A DNA stretch of 64,000 bases from Terriglobia bacterium (GCA_965223005.1 CBDCVK010000008.1:180389-244388); one strand, 5' to 3'. Counted from the first letter of the stretch, positions 52,798 through 62,944 are shown. Numbers and translations: made by a program. The notes: generated from the sequence alone by a model not told the origin.

Positions 52798-52843
52798 CCC
52801 CGGCGTTGCTTCCTCACCCTCGCCTGAACCTGCCTCGGCTGGC

Positions 52844-53104
52844 CTACATTTTAAGCGAATGACTGTTCTCGGAGGAAACCAGGAAGTCGAAGATCGCCAG
52901 CACCTGTTTGCGGAATTCGTAGGCGCGGCGCGCTTTGGCGGAAAACCCCAGTTGGCCATGTTCCCAGGAGCGCTGCCACTTGGCCAGGATTTCTCCGGGC
53001 ACATCAATGTCGCGGCGCAACCGCTCGGCGGAATGACCACGCAGAAACAGACCAAAGAAGAAGGCCGCTTCGCGCTGTGGGTGGGGGAACTCGTCTCTCT
53101 GCAT
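52844..53104 (-). CDS. Small hypothetical protein
   Basis: Protein-like composition (FFFGLFLRGHS..RDIDVP); fills the clpP-Ku gap. Confidence 0.55.
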   Translation of the reverse strand: MQRDEFPHPQREAAFFFGLFLRGHSAERLRRDIDVPGEILAKWQRSWEHGQLGFSAKARRAYEFRKQVLAIFDFLVSSENSHSLKM

Positions 53105-53263
53105 TGTGCCCAATGCCCTCTTGCGACCGAGTCAACATTATCACAGCGTTTTGGGTTTCGCCAAGACCGAATTGCCGCCCGGTCCACGGGTGTGGGGTCT
53201 CATGCCTGAGTTGGTACGCGGCGCTGCTCTGATCGCGCGATTCCGTGCTAGCATGGCCGGGTT

Positions 53264-54160
53264 ATGCCCAGTTCAGTCTGGTCAGGCTACGTGACCTTCG
53301 GCCTGATTTCCATCCCGGTGAAGCTGTTCTCGGCGGCGCGCAGCGAGGGCATCAGCTTCCGTATGCTCCATAAGGAGTGCGGCACGCGCGTCAAGCAGCA
53401 GTACATCTGCCCGGTGCACGAGCGGCCGGTCACGCGGGAGGAAATCGTCAAGGGCTACGAGTTCGAGAAGGACCGTTACATTGAGGTCAGTCCGGAGGAG
53501 ATCAAGAAGATCGAGCCCCGCACCGCCCGAGCTATGGAGATTCTGGAGTTTGTCCCCCTGGCCGAAGTCGACGCAATGTTCTTCGACACCTCCTACTACC
53601 TGGTGCCGGACGATCCGGGGCTGCGCGCCTATGTGCTGCTGCGGCGGGCGATGGCCGATAGCGGCAAGTGCGCGATCGCCCGGTTATCCATGCACAACCG
53701 CGAGTACACGGCGGTCCTGCGGCCGCTCGCGCAGGGTCTGGCTCTCCATAGCATGTTTTTCCGGCACGAGGTGGGACGGATCGAAGAGCTAGGCCCGGTC
53801 AACGGCCTGGAAGTCAAGGAGAAGGAACTGGAGTTGGCTCACTCGTTGATCGAAAGCCTGAGCGCCCCCTTTGAGCCTGAGAAATACAGCGACAGCTTCC
53901 AGGCGAACCTGCGCACGATGCTGGATGCCAAGCTCCAGGGCCAGCCGGTGGCGGAAGTGGAAAAGCCCAAGCTGGCTCCGGTCATTGACCTGATGGCGGC
54001 GCTGAAGAAAAGTCTGGAAGACGCGCGCAAGTTGCCACGCAAGCAGGCCGCTGCTGACTCGGCGGCCGATCCGGCAGAGCGAGTGGCTGAGCCGGCGGCG
54101 GCCGGAGCGGCACCTGCGGCTCGGCCGCGCCGCAAGTCGGCGCGGTCCCGGAGCAGTTAG
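53264..54160 (+). CDS. ku: Ku DNA end-binding protein (NHEJ)
   Basis: W.G..TFGLISIPVKL, IVKGYE, YYLVPD, VIDLMAALKKSL, basic tail. Confidence 0.95.
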   Translation: MPSSVWSGYVTFGLISIPVKLFSAARSEGISFRMLHKECGTRVKQQYICPVHERPVTREEIVKGYEFEKDRYIEVSPEEIKKIEPRTARAMEILEFVPLAEVDAMFFDTSYYLVPDDPGLRAYVLLRRAMADSGKCAIARLSMHNREYTAVLRPLAQGLALHSMFFRHEVGRIEELGPVNGLEVKEKELELAHSLIESLSAPFEPEKYSDSFQANLRTMLDAKLQGQPVAEVEKPKLAPVIDLMAALKKSLEDARKLPRKQAAADSAADPAERVAEPAAAGAAPAARPRRKSARSRSS

Positions 54161-54164
54161 CTCG

Positions 54165-55094
54165 ATGGCATCCGCCCAAGGCGAGAGCTATTCGCGCGAG
54201 GAGATGGGCAGGATTCTTGGCCTTTCCAAACGCCAGTTGACTGCCTGGCAGAAGCAGGGGCTGGTGAGCCATACCGGGCCGTACAGCTTCTCCGACCTGA
54301 TCGCGCTCAAGACCATCCAGAAGCTCCGCAGCAGCAACATCCCACTGAAGAAAATCCAGCGCAGCGTTGTCGCGCTGAAGCGCAAGCTGAACGAAGTCGA
54401 ACACCCTCTGACGGAGCTGAAGATTTCCTCCGACGGGCATCGGGTTATCGTCAATTACCGGGGCGCGACAATGGACCCCGACACCGGACAGTTGCTGTTT
54501 AACTTCGAGACCCGCCAGTTGCAAGCCAGCATCCGCGCCTTGAAGACTCCCCCGGCCGAGCTGCCGCACCGTCGGCAGGAGGCCGAGGAGTGGTTCCTCC
54601 GCGGCCTGGATCTGGAACAGCACCCGGAAACACTGCCCGAGGCGATGCAGTCATACTGCCGGGCCATCGAGCTGAACCCGAAAGCCGCCGGCGCCTACAT
54701 CAATCTGGGAACCCTGTACTACAACGAGCACCGCCTGGCCGAGGCCGAAAAGTGCTATCGTGCAGCCATCGAGATTGATCCGCAGTATTCGCTGGCCTGC
54801 TTCAATCTGGGCAACGTCCACGATGAGCGGGGAAATCTGGAGGAAGCCCGGCAGTCTTACGAACAGGCCCTGCGTCTCTCGCCCGACTACGGCGACGCGC
54901 ACTATAACCTGGCGCTCGTGTACGAGAAACTGCAGATGCGCGGCAAGGCCGTCCATCACTGGCGCGCCTATTTGAAGCTGGACCCCAGCAGTCCCTGGGC
55001 ATCCTACGCGCGCCAGCAACTGGCTCGCGCCCCGCTGAAGCTCATCCCCCCGGACGAACCCCCTGCCCCAACCCGCCCCAAGCCACCCGCCTAG
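54165..55094 (+). CDS. MerR-like HTH plus TPR protein
   Basis: YS..E..RILGL..RQL..W.K.GL, YSFSDL; TPRs (AYINLG, FNLGN, HYNLA). Confidence 0.82.
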   Translation: MASAQGESYSREEMGRILGLSKRQLTAWQKQGLVSHTGPYSFSDLIALKTIQKLRSSNIPLKKIQRSVVALKRKLNEVEHPLTELKISSDGHRVIVNYRGATMDPDTGQLLFNFETRQLQASIRALKTPPAELPHRRQEAEEWFLRGLDLEQHPETLPEAMQSYCRAIELNPKAAGAYINLGTLYYNEHRLAEAEKCYRAAIEIDPQYSLACFNLGNVHDERGNLEEARQSYEQALRLSPDYGDAHYNLALVYEKLQMRGKAVHHWRAYLKLDPSSPWASYARQQLARAPLKLIPPDEPPAPTRPKPPA

Positions 55095-55151
55095 ACTTCG
55101 GCGAGGAAAAGTACGGGCTAGAGCCACAGGCGTCGCCGTCGGCAACTCACC

Positions 55152-55157
55152 TATAAT
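55152..55157 (+). promoter_or_regulatory. Consensus -10 box directly before the candidate RNA
   Basis: TATAAT in high-GC DNA with no credible plus-strand gene downstream. Confidence 0.5.
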
Positions 55158-55160
55158 CCA

Positions 55161-55415
55161 GTAAGCAGAGAGCCCGCCGCGCGCGGTCGTGGGTCAGTTT
55201 CCGGAAAGGGTGTTTTACGGCCAAGTGGGCTGCGTGGGAGTATAGGTAAACGCTAACCGACTTATGGAGACCTATCCACTGAATGTGAGGCAAACGTCTT
55301 GTACTCAGAGACTCAAAGAGCCGGCTGGTCCAAAGCCCGGAAGAAAACAGCGAAGACCAAGACGGCTGAGTGAGGGGGCATGCCACGCCCCGCAAGGCGC
55401 CTTCCCTCTGCATAC
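55161..55415 (+). ncRNA. Candidate ~255-nt structured non-coding RNA, family not recognised
   Basis: Terminal stem and several nested stems (see finding); lies between convergent genes. Confidence 0.6.
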
Positions 55416-55538
55416 CCAGTCCTCTAATCCCGGATGAGCCTGGATGAGCCTTTGCCCGGCATGGTGGGCGATGTTCGTCAGCGGGCAGCGACTGGGCGAC
55501 GCGCTGCCCGGGAGCAGGAAACAATCAGGTGGAGAATG

Positions 55539-57164
55539 TTACTGCGTCAGGGTGACTCCGAAAAGACTTTCCCCGACGTTGTACCCAAACAGGCCGAAGT
55601 CCAGGCCGGAAGCCTCGATTCGGCCGCTCTGCAGGTCGGAGAAAAAGTTCGCAGTCAAGAACGCGGCGCTTTCGCTGCTGAGCGGGAGCTGGCCCAGCAG
55701 GTTGCTGCCGATCGTGACCTGGCCGTCGCTGCACGAGGCTGAGCACATGACGACGCCGAACAGTGATTCAGCTGAATTGGCCGAAGCCATGAACACACCG
55801 ACGGTTCCATTAGGGTCGGGACAGGTCCAGTTGATCGTCAGCGGCTGCGACGCGCTGAAGGAAGTGCCTTGGACGCCAAAGTCGGTCACACTGAACAGGG
55901 GCGAGAGGACTTCGACCATCGTATTGAAGGCGCCAATATCAGCCCCGCCTGAGCCGCCCAAAGTCCACGTGCCGGGTGCCAGAGCGTTGTTGCCCAGGTC
56001 CATGCTGTACTCGCCCGGCTGGCTCGGCCCAATAGCCTGAGGGGAACCGGCAAACGGGCCGCTCAGCGTTAAGGTCCCGGCATCCAGCGGCTGGTCCTGG
56101 CTAATGAAATTCAGGATGTCGGGCGGGTTGTTGGCGTCGAACCGGTACACGGCCACATTACAGCCACCCCCAACCGGCGGGAATCCGGCATCAGCCGTAG
56201 GGATGACAGCCTCGAATCGGCGGAAGCTGGCACTGAAGCTGTCCGGGAGCTGGAACCCAGGCACTGGGACAGGGAGCTGCGTCCTAAACCGGTTCACGCT
56301 GGCTACGCCGAACGATCCGTTGAAGAAGAAGCCGGGCGAGCCGCTGCTAGCCAGGTTGCAATCGCCCCCCGTATTGGTGACCCCAATGGTGATTGTGTTG
56401 CTGCTCTGATTGCCGAACGCCACCTGCACCGGCAGGTAGCAACCCTCGGGCGTGTCAGGAGGCACCCGGGCATTGATCTGGTACAGGCTCACCAAGCCTG
56501 GGGCCAGCCCGGAGAACTCCACGACCGCCTGCCGTCCGCCGATCGTCACCACGGGCGTTGTGGTCGTTGGCTGCCCGGCGCCAGCGGCTCCGTCGGCGGG
56601 AGGTCCCGTGACCGGCCCAAGACCCGTGGCGTAGATTTGGACAATCCCGTTGGGGGGAATCGTGGAAGCCGGTGTGTTTGTTGGAGTGTCCCCGGGGGCG
56701 ACAAAATTCAGCACCGCTCCAGGACCGCGCCCGCTGGAAGCCTGGGAAAACAAGCCCGGCGACGTGTCCACACCGGATACATTCACTGGGGCACTGGTTC
56801 CACCCGGCGTTTGCACGGTAAGCTGGACCGTCCCCGTCGGCGCGCCCCAGGGCACCTGGGCATTGATCTGCCCGGCGGAGACGAAAAACAGCGCCGCCGC
56901 CTGTCCACCGATGGTCAAGCTGGTGCCGTTGATATCGTTTGGCAGGGGCAAGCTCACCGCGCCGCCGGTTTGTGTTGCCAAGTTGGACCCAAAAATCGAG
57001 ACGATTGACCCCCGGGCAACTGCCCCCCATGTGGCATTGCTCGGCAGAAAGCTGGCGCCATTTACCACGCCGCCATCAAACACCACAGGAACCTGAGCGA
57101 GTAGCGCGCTAGGATTCACGACCAGCAAGCAAAGGCAACAAACAGTGGCAACTCGAAGAAGCAT
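55539..57164 (-). CDS. Secreted TIGR03437-type (IPT/TIG-like) Acidobacterial protein
   Basis: VVNGASF, SIVSIFGSNL, GQINAQVP, YATGLG, LYQINARVP. Confidence 0.85.
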   Translation of the reverse strand: MLLRVATVCCLCLLVVNPSALLAQVPVVFDGGVVNGASFLPSNATWGAVARGSIVSIFGSNLATQTGGAVSLPLPNDINGTSLTIGGQAAALFFVSAGQINAQVPWGAPTGTVQLTVQTPGGTSAPVNVSGVDTSPGLFSQASSGRGPGAVLNFVAPGDTPTNTPASTIPPNGIVQIYATGLGPVTGPPADGAAGAGQPTTTTPVVTIGGRQAVVEFSGLAPGLVSLYQINARVPPDTPEGCYLPVQVAFGNQSSNTITIGVTNTGGDCNLASSGSPGFFFNGSFGVASVNRFRTQLPVPVPGFQLPDSFSASFRRFEAVIPTADAGFPPVGGGCNVAVYRFDANNPPDILNFISQDQPLDAGTLTLSGPFAGSPQAIGPSQPGEYSMDLGNNALAPGTWTLGGSGGADIGAFNTMVEVLSPLFSVTDFGVQGTSFSASQPLTINWTCPDPNGTVGVFMASANSAESLFGVVMCSASCSDGQVTIGSNLLGQLPLSSESAAFLTANFFSDLQSGRIEASGLDFGLFGYNVGESLFGVTLTQ

Positions 57165-57171
57165 CAGGCCT

Positions 57172-58610
57172 GAGAGTGTCTCACCTTTAGTTGAAAGTCG
57201 AGCGGCGGTTCGCTGACCTGGTTCCGTAGAATCGGGTTGGGAAACTTTCTGGAAAGGGGAACCGCCGTGCAGAGAAGCTACCACATCCTAGGCCGGAGCG
57301 ATAGCCGAAGCTCCCGCAAACTGGCTGCCTACCTGGCTCGCCACGGGCAGTTTCTGCTGCCCTGGGTGGAGTTGATCGAACAATCGCGGTTAGCCGTCGA
57401 CGAGCTGATCGACGTGGTGGGTAGGGCGGCGATTGAAGCGGTGCTGGAGTTGTCGGCCGCGCAGGTGGCCGGTCCACGCCGTCAGGGCCGGCGGCGCCGT
57501 GGGGTAGGCTGGTATGGGCGCCAGCGGGGACGGGTGCGCCTGAAGGAGAGAAAGCTGGCCGTGCACAGGCCACGGCTCCGGCGGCCAGGCCGGGGAGCGG
57601 GGAAAGAAGTTCCCCTCCCGGCCTACGAAGCCATGCAGGAGGGCGAGGGTCTGGGGGCCCGGATGTTGGATATCTTGCTGCGGGGCGTCTCGACCCGGCA
57701 GTACCAGCGGGTGTTGCCGGAGATGGCGGACACCGTGGGTGTGTCGCGCTCCACGGTCAGCCGGGAAACGATGGAGGCTGCCGCAGCCGAGTTAGAACGT
57801 CTGTTGAACCGCCGCTTCGAGGAAGTAGAGTTGCTGATCCTCTACATCGACGGGATGGTGTTTGGCGACCATCACGTGATTGCGGCTGTGGGCGTGGATG
57901 CGGAAGGGCACAAGCACGTGCTGGGGATTCAGGAGGGGGCTACGGAGAACGCCGCGGCCGTCCAGGACTTGCTGGAAGGTTTAGTGCGGCGAGGGGTGCA
58001 GCCGGCCCAGAAACGGCTGTTTGTGATCGACGGCTCGAAGGCCTTGCGGGCGGCGATCCGCGCCGTGTTCGGGGCCGAGCAGCCGGTGCAGCGCTGCCGC
58101 GCCCACAAGTTGCGCAACGTCCTGGACCGGTTGCCGGAGCCAGAGCGGGACCAGGTGCGGGCGGCGATGCGGGCCGCCTGGCGGTTGGATCCGAAGACCG
58201 GCAGGGCCAAGCTGGAGAAGTTGGCCCAATGGTTGGAGCGAGATTGTCCGGCCGCGGCGGCCAGCTTGCGGGAGGGTCTGGAGGAATGTTTCACCATCAA
58301 CCGGCTGGGGCTTCCGGCTTCGCTGCATCGCTGTCTGGCCACCACCAATCTCATCGAGAGTCCGCAGGCGGGAGTGAGGTTGCGAACTCGCCGGGTGTGC
58401 CGCTGGCGGGATGCGGCCATGGTCCAGCGCTGGGTCGCCTCCAGCTTCCTGGCCACGGAGAAAAACTTCCGCCGCCTGATGGGGTACCAGGACCTGTGGA
58501 TGTTGAAAGCGATCCTCGAAGGATCAAAGTCGGCCACTCGACGGGAGGTGGCGTAGTATGATGGCTCCGAACCGCCGCTACGAACTTTCAACTGAGTTCA
58601 GGACACCAGT
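57172..58610 (+). mobile_element. IS256 family insertion sequence
   Basis: Imperfect terminal inverted repeats (gtgtc..agttgaaagt..agcggcggttcg at 57176-57212, complement at 58568-58606); no target duplication seen. Confidence 0.88.
57267..58556 (+). CDS. IS256 (mutator) family transposase
   Basis: GVSTR, LYIDG, VIDG.KAL, QRC..HK.RN, TTNLIES. Confidence 0.93.
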   Translation: MQRSYHILGRSDSRSSRKLAAYLARHGQFLLPWVELIEQSRLAVDELIDVVGRAAIEAVLELSAAQVAGPRRQGRRRRGVGWYGRQRGRVRLKERKLAVHRPRLRRPGRGAGKEVPLPAYEAMQEGEGLGARMLDILLRGVSTRQYQRVLPEMADTVGVSRSTVSRETMEAAAAELERLLNRRFEEVELLILYIDGMVFGDHHVIAAVGVDAEGHKHVLGIQEGATENAAAVQDLLEGLVRRGVQPAQKRLFVIDGSKALRAAIRAVFGAEQPVQRCRAHKLRNVLDRLPEPERDQVRAAMRAAWRLDPKTGRAKLEKLAQWLERDCPAAAASLREGLEECFTINRLGLPASLHRCLATTNLIESPQAGVRLRTRRVCRWRDAAMVQRWVASSFLATEKNFRRLMGYQDLWMLKAILEGSKSATRREVA

Positions 58611-59776
58611 TTCTTTTGCACGTTTATCTTCCCACGGACATACAAGCGTCTCATCCTGCCCGTCTCATACATGTGCGCAAACGGACGCTCCAGCATCTCC
58701 CCACGTTTCCGCAGCAGCGCCTTCCCTCGCTGCCCCGTCACCCGCCGCCGATTGCGGTAGACCGCCGCCTTCTGCTCTTCCTTGCCCGTCCATTGCCGCC
58801 GTCCCCGCTCCGGCTCCGCAATGTAGGTCCGCACCTCCATCGCCTGCATCTCTGCCAGCACTTCCCCACTGTGATACCCCTTGTCGGCCACCACCTCTTC
58901 CACCCCGTCTGCGTTCACCACAAACTCCCCTTCGGCCGTGGGTGTCGCGATCTGCTCGCCCACCGCCGCGCCGGCCGCCGGCAGGGTCTGCTGAACCGAT
59001 TCCGTGTCGCCGGTCGCTCCCCCGTGCGCCGTCAGCGCCACAATCGCCCCAGTCTCCATGTCCACCGCATGCTCGGCCTTGTAAGCCAGTGCCGTGCGCC
59101 CGTCCTTCATCCGGGTGATCTCCGCTTCCCGATCATGTGGGTTCACCCACTTCGCATTGGACATCTTCTTCGGTCGGCAGCGGTCCATCCTCCGCAGCGC
59201 CGCTGCATCCTGGGCTTCGATCCCTTCGGCCTCCGCCAACCGCTTCAGGTACTCCGTATAGCTTTCCCCGCTGTCCCGCCGCATGATCGACCTCATGGCC
59301 GCGTTGGCTTCCAGCGTGGTGGCGTCAATGCCGATCGTCTTGCCCTTCAGCAGGCCCCGTTCGGCCACCAGCCGCAGCACCCATCCAAACACTTCCTGGT
59401 GCGTCGGCTCGTCCATCAGCCGCCGCGTGCGCGAGATCGTCACATGATCCGGCGTCTGTTCATCCAGCCCAATCTGCAAAAACTGCCGCAAACTCAAGGA
59501 ATCGGCCACCCGCCAGGCGATGCCTCGCTCGCTGTCGATCCCCTCGAAGAAGCCGATCAGCATCAACCGGAAGTACATCCCCGGCGGCAACGACGGTCGG
59601 CCCAGCCGCTCGTGGTAGAACTGCCGGCACCGACTCTCGCAGAACCGATCAAAATCGGCTTCCTCCAACAGTTGGTGCAGCCGCCGGTAGAACGGGTGTC
59701 CGGGCGCCTCGGCCAACTCTGCCCGATACCACAGCGGCTCTTGTCGCTGACGATGCTTGCGCGTTCCCATGGCCAT
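58598..59776 (-). pseudogene. IS1182-family transposase, C-terminally truncated
   Basis: GRPSLPP, DSERGI, PDHVTISR, IDAT..EANA, ADKGY, ERPFAH; stop supplied by IS256 sequence. Confidence 0.8.
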
Positions 59777-59853
59777 GGCCCGATTGTAAGTAAGAACATT
59801 TCCGAAGTAACATGTTTCTTCCCCATCTGGCGATTTTAGACACGGGCTGTTAG
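58611..59853 (-). mobile_element. IS1182/IS5-like element, 3' part lost at the IS256 junction
   Basis: Probable left end near 59834-59853; transposase frame runs into the IS256 end. Confidence 0.75.
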
Positions 59854-59881
59854 GCCTGCAGGACGGTAGGAAGCGATTTTG

Positions 59882-61030
59882 CTAATCCGTCACCTGCTCT
59901 AGGATGGCGAAATCACCGGGGTTCCACGCCTGCGCGATCACATAGAACTTACCGCCAACCTTCAGAATCACGGCATTGTGGATGTGCTGAAAGTTCTTCA
60001 GGCCCAGATCCTCCTTGGGCATGAGGGTCGAAATCAATTTGTCATTCTTCAGGATGTGGATAGGAGCGCCTTTGCTCCGGTCAGGCCCATGCAGAGAACC
60101 TGCCACGGCATAGTTCCCTTCATAATCGATATCGCCGGGGTATGTGCCGTTGGGGAAGTTCACCGTGGAGCGATGATGGCCGTAGCGAGTGAAGCGATCT
60201 ATCTCAGCGTTCGGCCGATCCGAAACATCCAGCCGCTTCATTCCCTGGGGCACGGTAATGCCGTGTGCCGAACCGAACTGGCCGACCCCGCCCCCCTTGC
60301 CGCCAAACGCCAGGTGGTGCCAAACGGTCCGGAAAGGATTCGTGCTCACAATCCGGGCGGTCAATACGAAGTCCAGGCTGGAATAGCCGGTTGTCACATA
60401 AAAAAGGCCGTCCAGTTGCTCCACATCGGTCGGCACGAAATTGCCCAGCGCGGAGAAATACTGGTTGACTGTCGGTTCATCGAAGTCGTCCTTCGCAGTC
60501 GGTGCGTTCAGGGTGTGAACAAGTTTCCCATCGAGAGTCGTTGTGAAAACGTGGCCAGTATCGTTCGCTGGAAAAGTCAAATACGCGGTGCCATCGGGAG
60601 CGTACCAGATGGTGGTATTGTGCATGTTCGTGTCGTTCACCTCAGCTGGCGTCTTTAGCAGTCGGATCGTTTTAAGATCGGCGCTGATCTGCATAATTCC
60701 CGCCCCAGTCAGTGCGAAGTAGATTTCCCCTTTTCCCGGGCGGCGATCGACTGCGAAACCGCCGTGGGCGGCCTTCAACACCTTCTGGGCTTCTTCCGGC
60801 AGATGATCGGAGGTGTACAAGACCTTGAATTTCATCTCTCCCTGGCCGCTGATTCCAGCAGCGTGCGATGTAGCGGCCGCCGAAGATGCGGGCGCTGCTT
60901 TTGCCAAAGCTGCAAAACCAGGAGCGTGATGCGCATGAACTGGTGCTACGCACGGGCTCATTGCAACCACGATGACGAAACTCCAAAGAACAACCTTTGT
61001 CACTAGCTCCATAGGTGTCACTCGCTCCAT
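59882..61030 (-). CDS. Secreted NHL-like beta-propeller hypothetical protein
   Basis: Signal peptide; PTDV, GQFGSAHGI, VSDR motifs. Confidence 0.7.
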   Translation of the reverse strand: MERVTPMELVTKVVLWSFVIVVAMSPCVAPVHAHHAPGFAALAKAAPASSAAATSHAAGISGQGEMKFKVLYTSDHLPEEAQKVLKAAHGGFAVDRRPGKGEIYFALTGAGIMQISADLKTIRLLKTPAEVNDTNMHNTTIWYAPDGTAYLTFPANDTGHVFTTTLDGKLVHTLNAPTAKDDFDEPTVNQYFSALGNFVPTDVEQLDGLFYVTTGYSSLDFVLTARIVSTNPFRTVWHHLAFGGKGGGVGQFGSAHGITVPQGMKRLDVSDRPNAEIDRFTRYGHHRSTVNFPNGTYPGDIDYEGNYAVAGSLHGPDRSKGAPIHILKNDKLISTLMPKEDLGLKNFQHIHNAVILKVGGKFYVIAQAWNPGDFAILEQVTD

Positions 61031-61054
61031 TGGGAGAAACCCTCCTTTGCGTGA

Positions 61055-61114
61055 AATCTGATCATAACCGAAAGAATCTGATCATAAACGGCGGAATCTG
61101 ATCATAACCGGTGG
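61055..61114. repeat. Three tandem 20-nt units with invariant core aatctgatcataa
   Basis: Cores start at 61055, 61075 and 61095. Confidence 0.9.
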
Positions 61115-61379
61115 AAGAGAGTCTATTGGACTGGGATTCCCTATTGAGCTTCTCTTTCGGAATCAAAGTAGCCCACTACCGGCGCCCAAAAGCATCAGAA
61201 GCGTATGCCCGCCGTCCTGTCGAGTCAAGCTCAGATTGCCACGGTTTCCCGCGGCGGACATCATGGCTGGCGGCATGGCTGGCACCACGGCTCGCCTCGG
61301 CCGTTCCGCCGACGGATCTGATCCGTCTTCCGCCAGCCCTCCTCTGCTGGGACGGAGGGGCGACACCGCAACGTATGTC

Positions 61380-61419
61380 GAGAGCCGGGTGTTGAGAGCC
61401 GGTGTTGAGAGCCGGTGGT
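61380..61419. repeat. Three tandem 13-14 nt units gagagccgg(g)tgKt
   Basis: Directly after the stop of the MIP gene. Confidence 0.7.
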
Positions 61420-62255
61420 CAGGACGCGTTCTTGCTGGCAGGCAAGAAGCGGCGGAGTCCGGCCTCGTAGACGAGGCCTCCTAGCAGGGCGCCTGTCATT
61501 GGAGCCACAATATAGAGCCACCATTCATGGCCGCGCGGGCCAGGGAAGGCAATGCTGCCGTAACCCACCAGATATGCGAACAGCCGAGGGCCAAAGTCAC
61601 GGGCCGGATTGATCGCCACCATCGTGAGCGGCGCGCCAATGGCGATGAGGCCCATGACGGTAAGACCTATAAAGAAGGGTGCCAGGTTCGACTTGGGGGC
61701 TGCGGGGTTCCGATCGTCTATCAAAGCGAGAATGGCAAGCACTAAGATTGCGGTCAAAACCGCTTCCGTCAAAAAAGCCGCGCCGGTAGTGACCTTCGCC
61801 CAGTGCTCGGGGCCGACACCCACCATGCCCGGATTGGGATAGAAACAGGAAAACACCATCATCAGCTTTTGACTGCCGGGCTCACCCACACTGACGCCTA
61901 AGCGTGTCGCGGTCGGCTCCCACATTCCGCGCCAGCACAGATAAATCGTGAGCGCCGCGGTGAAGGCGCCGGCTACCTGAGAGAGAATAAAGGGAAACAA
62001 TTTTCGTACGGGGAACTTGCGCCATGCCGCAAGAGCAACGCTCACAGCAGGATTCAGGTGCGCGCCCGATACGCCTGCCGCTACGTAAACGCCCAGCGCG
62101 ACACCCACACCCCACATCATGGCCACTCCAGCCAGGTCGTAGCCCCCAGCGAATACGGCCACTGTGACCGCTGTATCACCGAGCAAGACCAAGATGTAGG
62201 TGCCAATGAATTCAGCCGAACATTCGCCCAGGAGGGACGGACGGCGCAGTTCCAT
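61419..62255 (-). CDS. glpF: MIP family channel, aquaglyceroporin type
   Basis: SGAHLNPAV and INPARDFGPR. Confidence 0.88.
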   Translation of the reverse strand: MELRRPSLLGECSAEFIGTYILVLLGDTAVTVAVFAGGYDLAGVAMMWGVGVALGVYVAAGVSGAHLNPAVSVALAAWRKFPVRKLFPFILSQVAGAFTAALTIYLCWRGMWEPTATRLGVSVGEPGSQKLMMVFSCFYPNPGMVGVGPEHWAKVTTGAAFLTEAVLTAILVLAILALIDDRNPAAPKSNLAPFFIGLTVMGLIAIGAPLTMVAINPARDFGPRLFAYLVGYGSIAFPGPRGHEWWLYIVAPMTGALLGGLVYEAGLRRFLPASKNAS

Positions 62256-62473
62256 ACTCTCTTCTCCCCGCTATGAATTTTCAGGAACGGCCCAGCAAGC
62301 CAATAGGCGTGCCCATTCTGCCACAAGTATGCGAAAATCCCTACGGCCATATCCTGCGATAACCGGAAAGTCCTGAACTTTAGGTTCCAGCGAGCACCTG
62401 GGCTATGGTAAAGGTGTCGCCCGCAACAAGTGGCTTTTGAAAAGCGCCGAGATTATCTATTGGAGGTGGCCCC

Positions 62474-62944
62474 ATGGATACTCTAGCAATTTTTGGTCTG
62501 CAGCTTGTCCTGAGCTTTTTTGTGTACGCTCTCATTGCGAAGTGGTACGTGAGGCCATGGCTAGCAGAGAAACGAATCCACCAGGCGTTGATCCCGCTGA
62601 TCTTCCCCCATGCATTTCGGCATATAGGGTTGACGTTTTTCGTCCCAGGAGTGGTTGCCCAACCTCTGCCGAGCTAAGTTGCCTACACTGTTGCCTATGG
62701 GGACTTTGTCAGCGGCCTGCTTGCACTCTTGTCTCTGGTAGCTCTTCGAGGAGGTTGGAGCCTGGCGCTGCCGTTGGTCTGGCTGTTCAACATTGTCGGC
62801 ACGGTGGACCTTCTAAATGCACTCAGCGACCCGAATGTGCCACCGGGCCTGGGGGCAACTTGGTTCATTCCGACATTCTGGGTGCCAGTGCTCTTGGTGA
62901 CGCATGTCATGATTTTTGCCAGGCTGCTCAGACGAGGGCGCTGA
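62474..62944 (+). pseudogene. Membrane protein interrupted by an in-frame TAA (62675-62677)
   Basis: Frame continues as VAYTVAYGDFVSGLLALL into ORF 62729-62944. Confidence 0.7.

Noticed and set aside
55147-55524. Minus-strand 125-aa ORF over the candidate RNA
   Set aside because: No RBS or motif and atypical composition; base-pairing explains the region better
57166-59857. aggcct on both outer sides of the IS256 + IS1182 block as a composite-transposon duplication
   Set aside because: Only 6 bp, overlaps the presumed IS1182 end, and the two ends belong to different transposases
61055-61114. 20-nt repeats as a mini-CRISPR
   Set aside because: 13-nt core and 7-nt linkers are far too short
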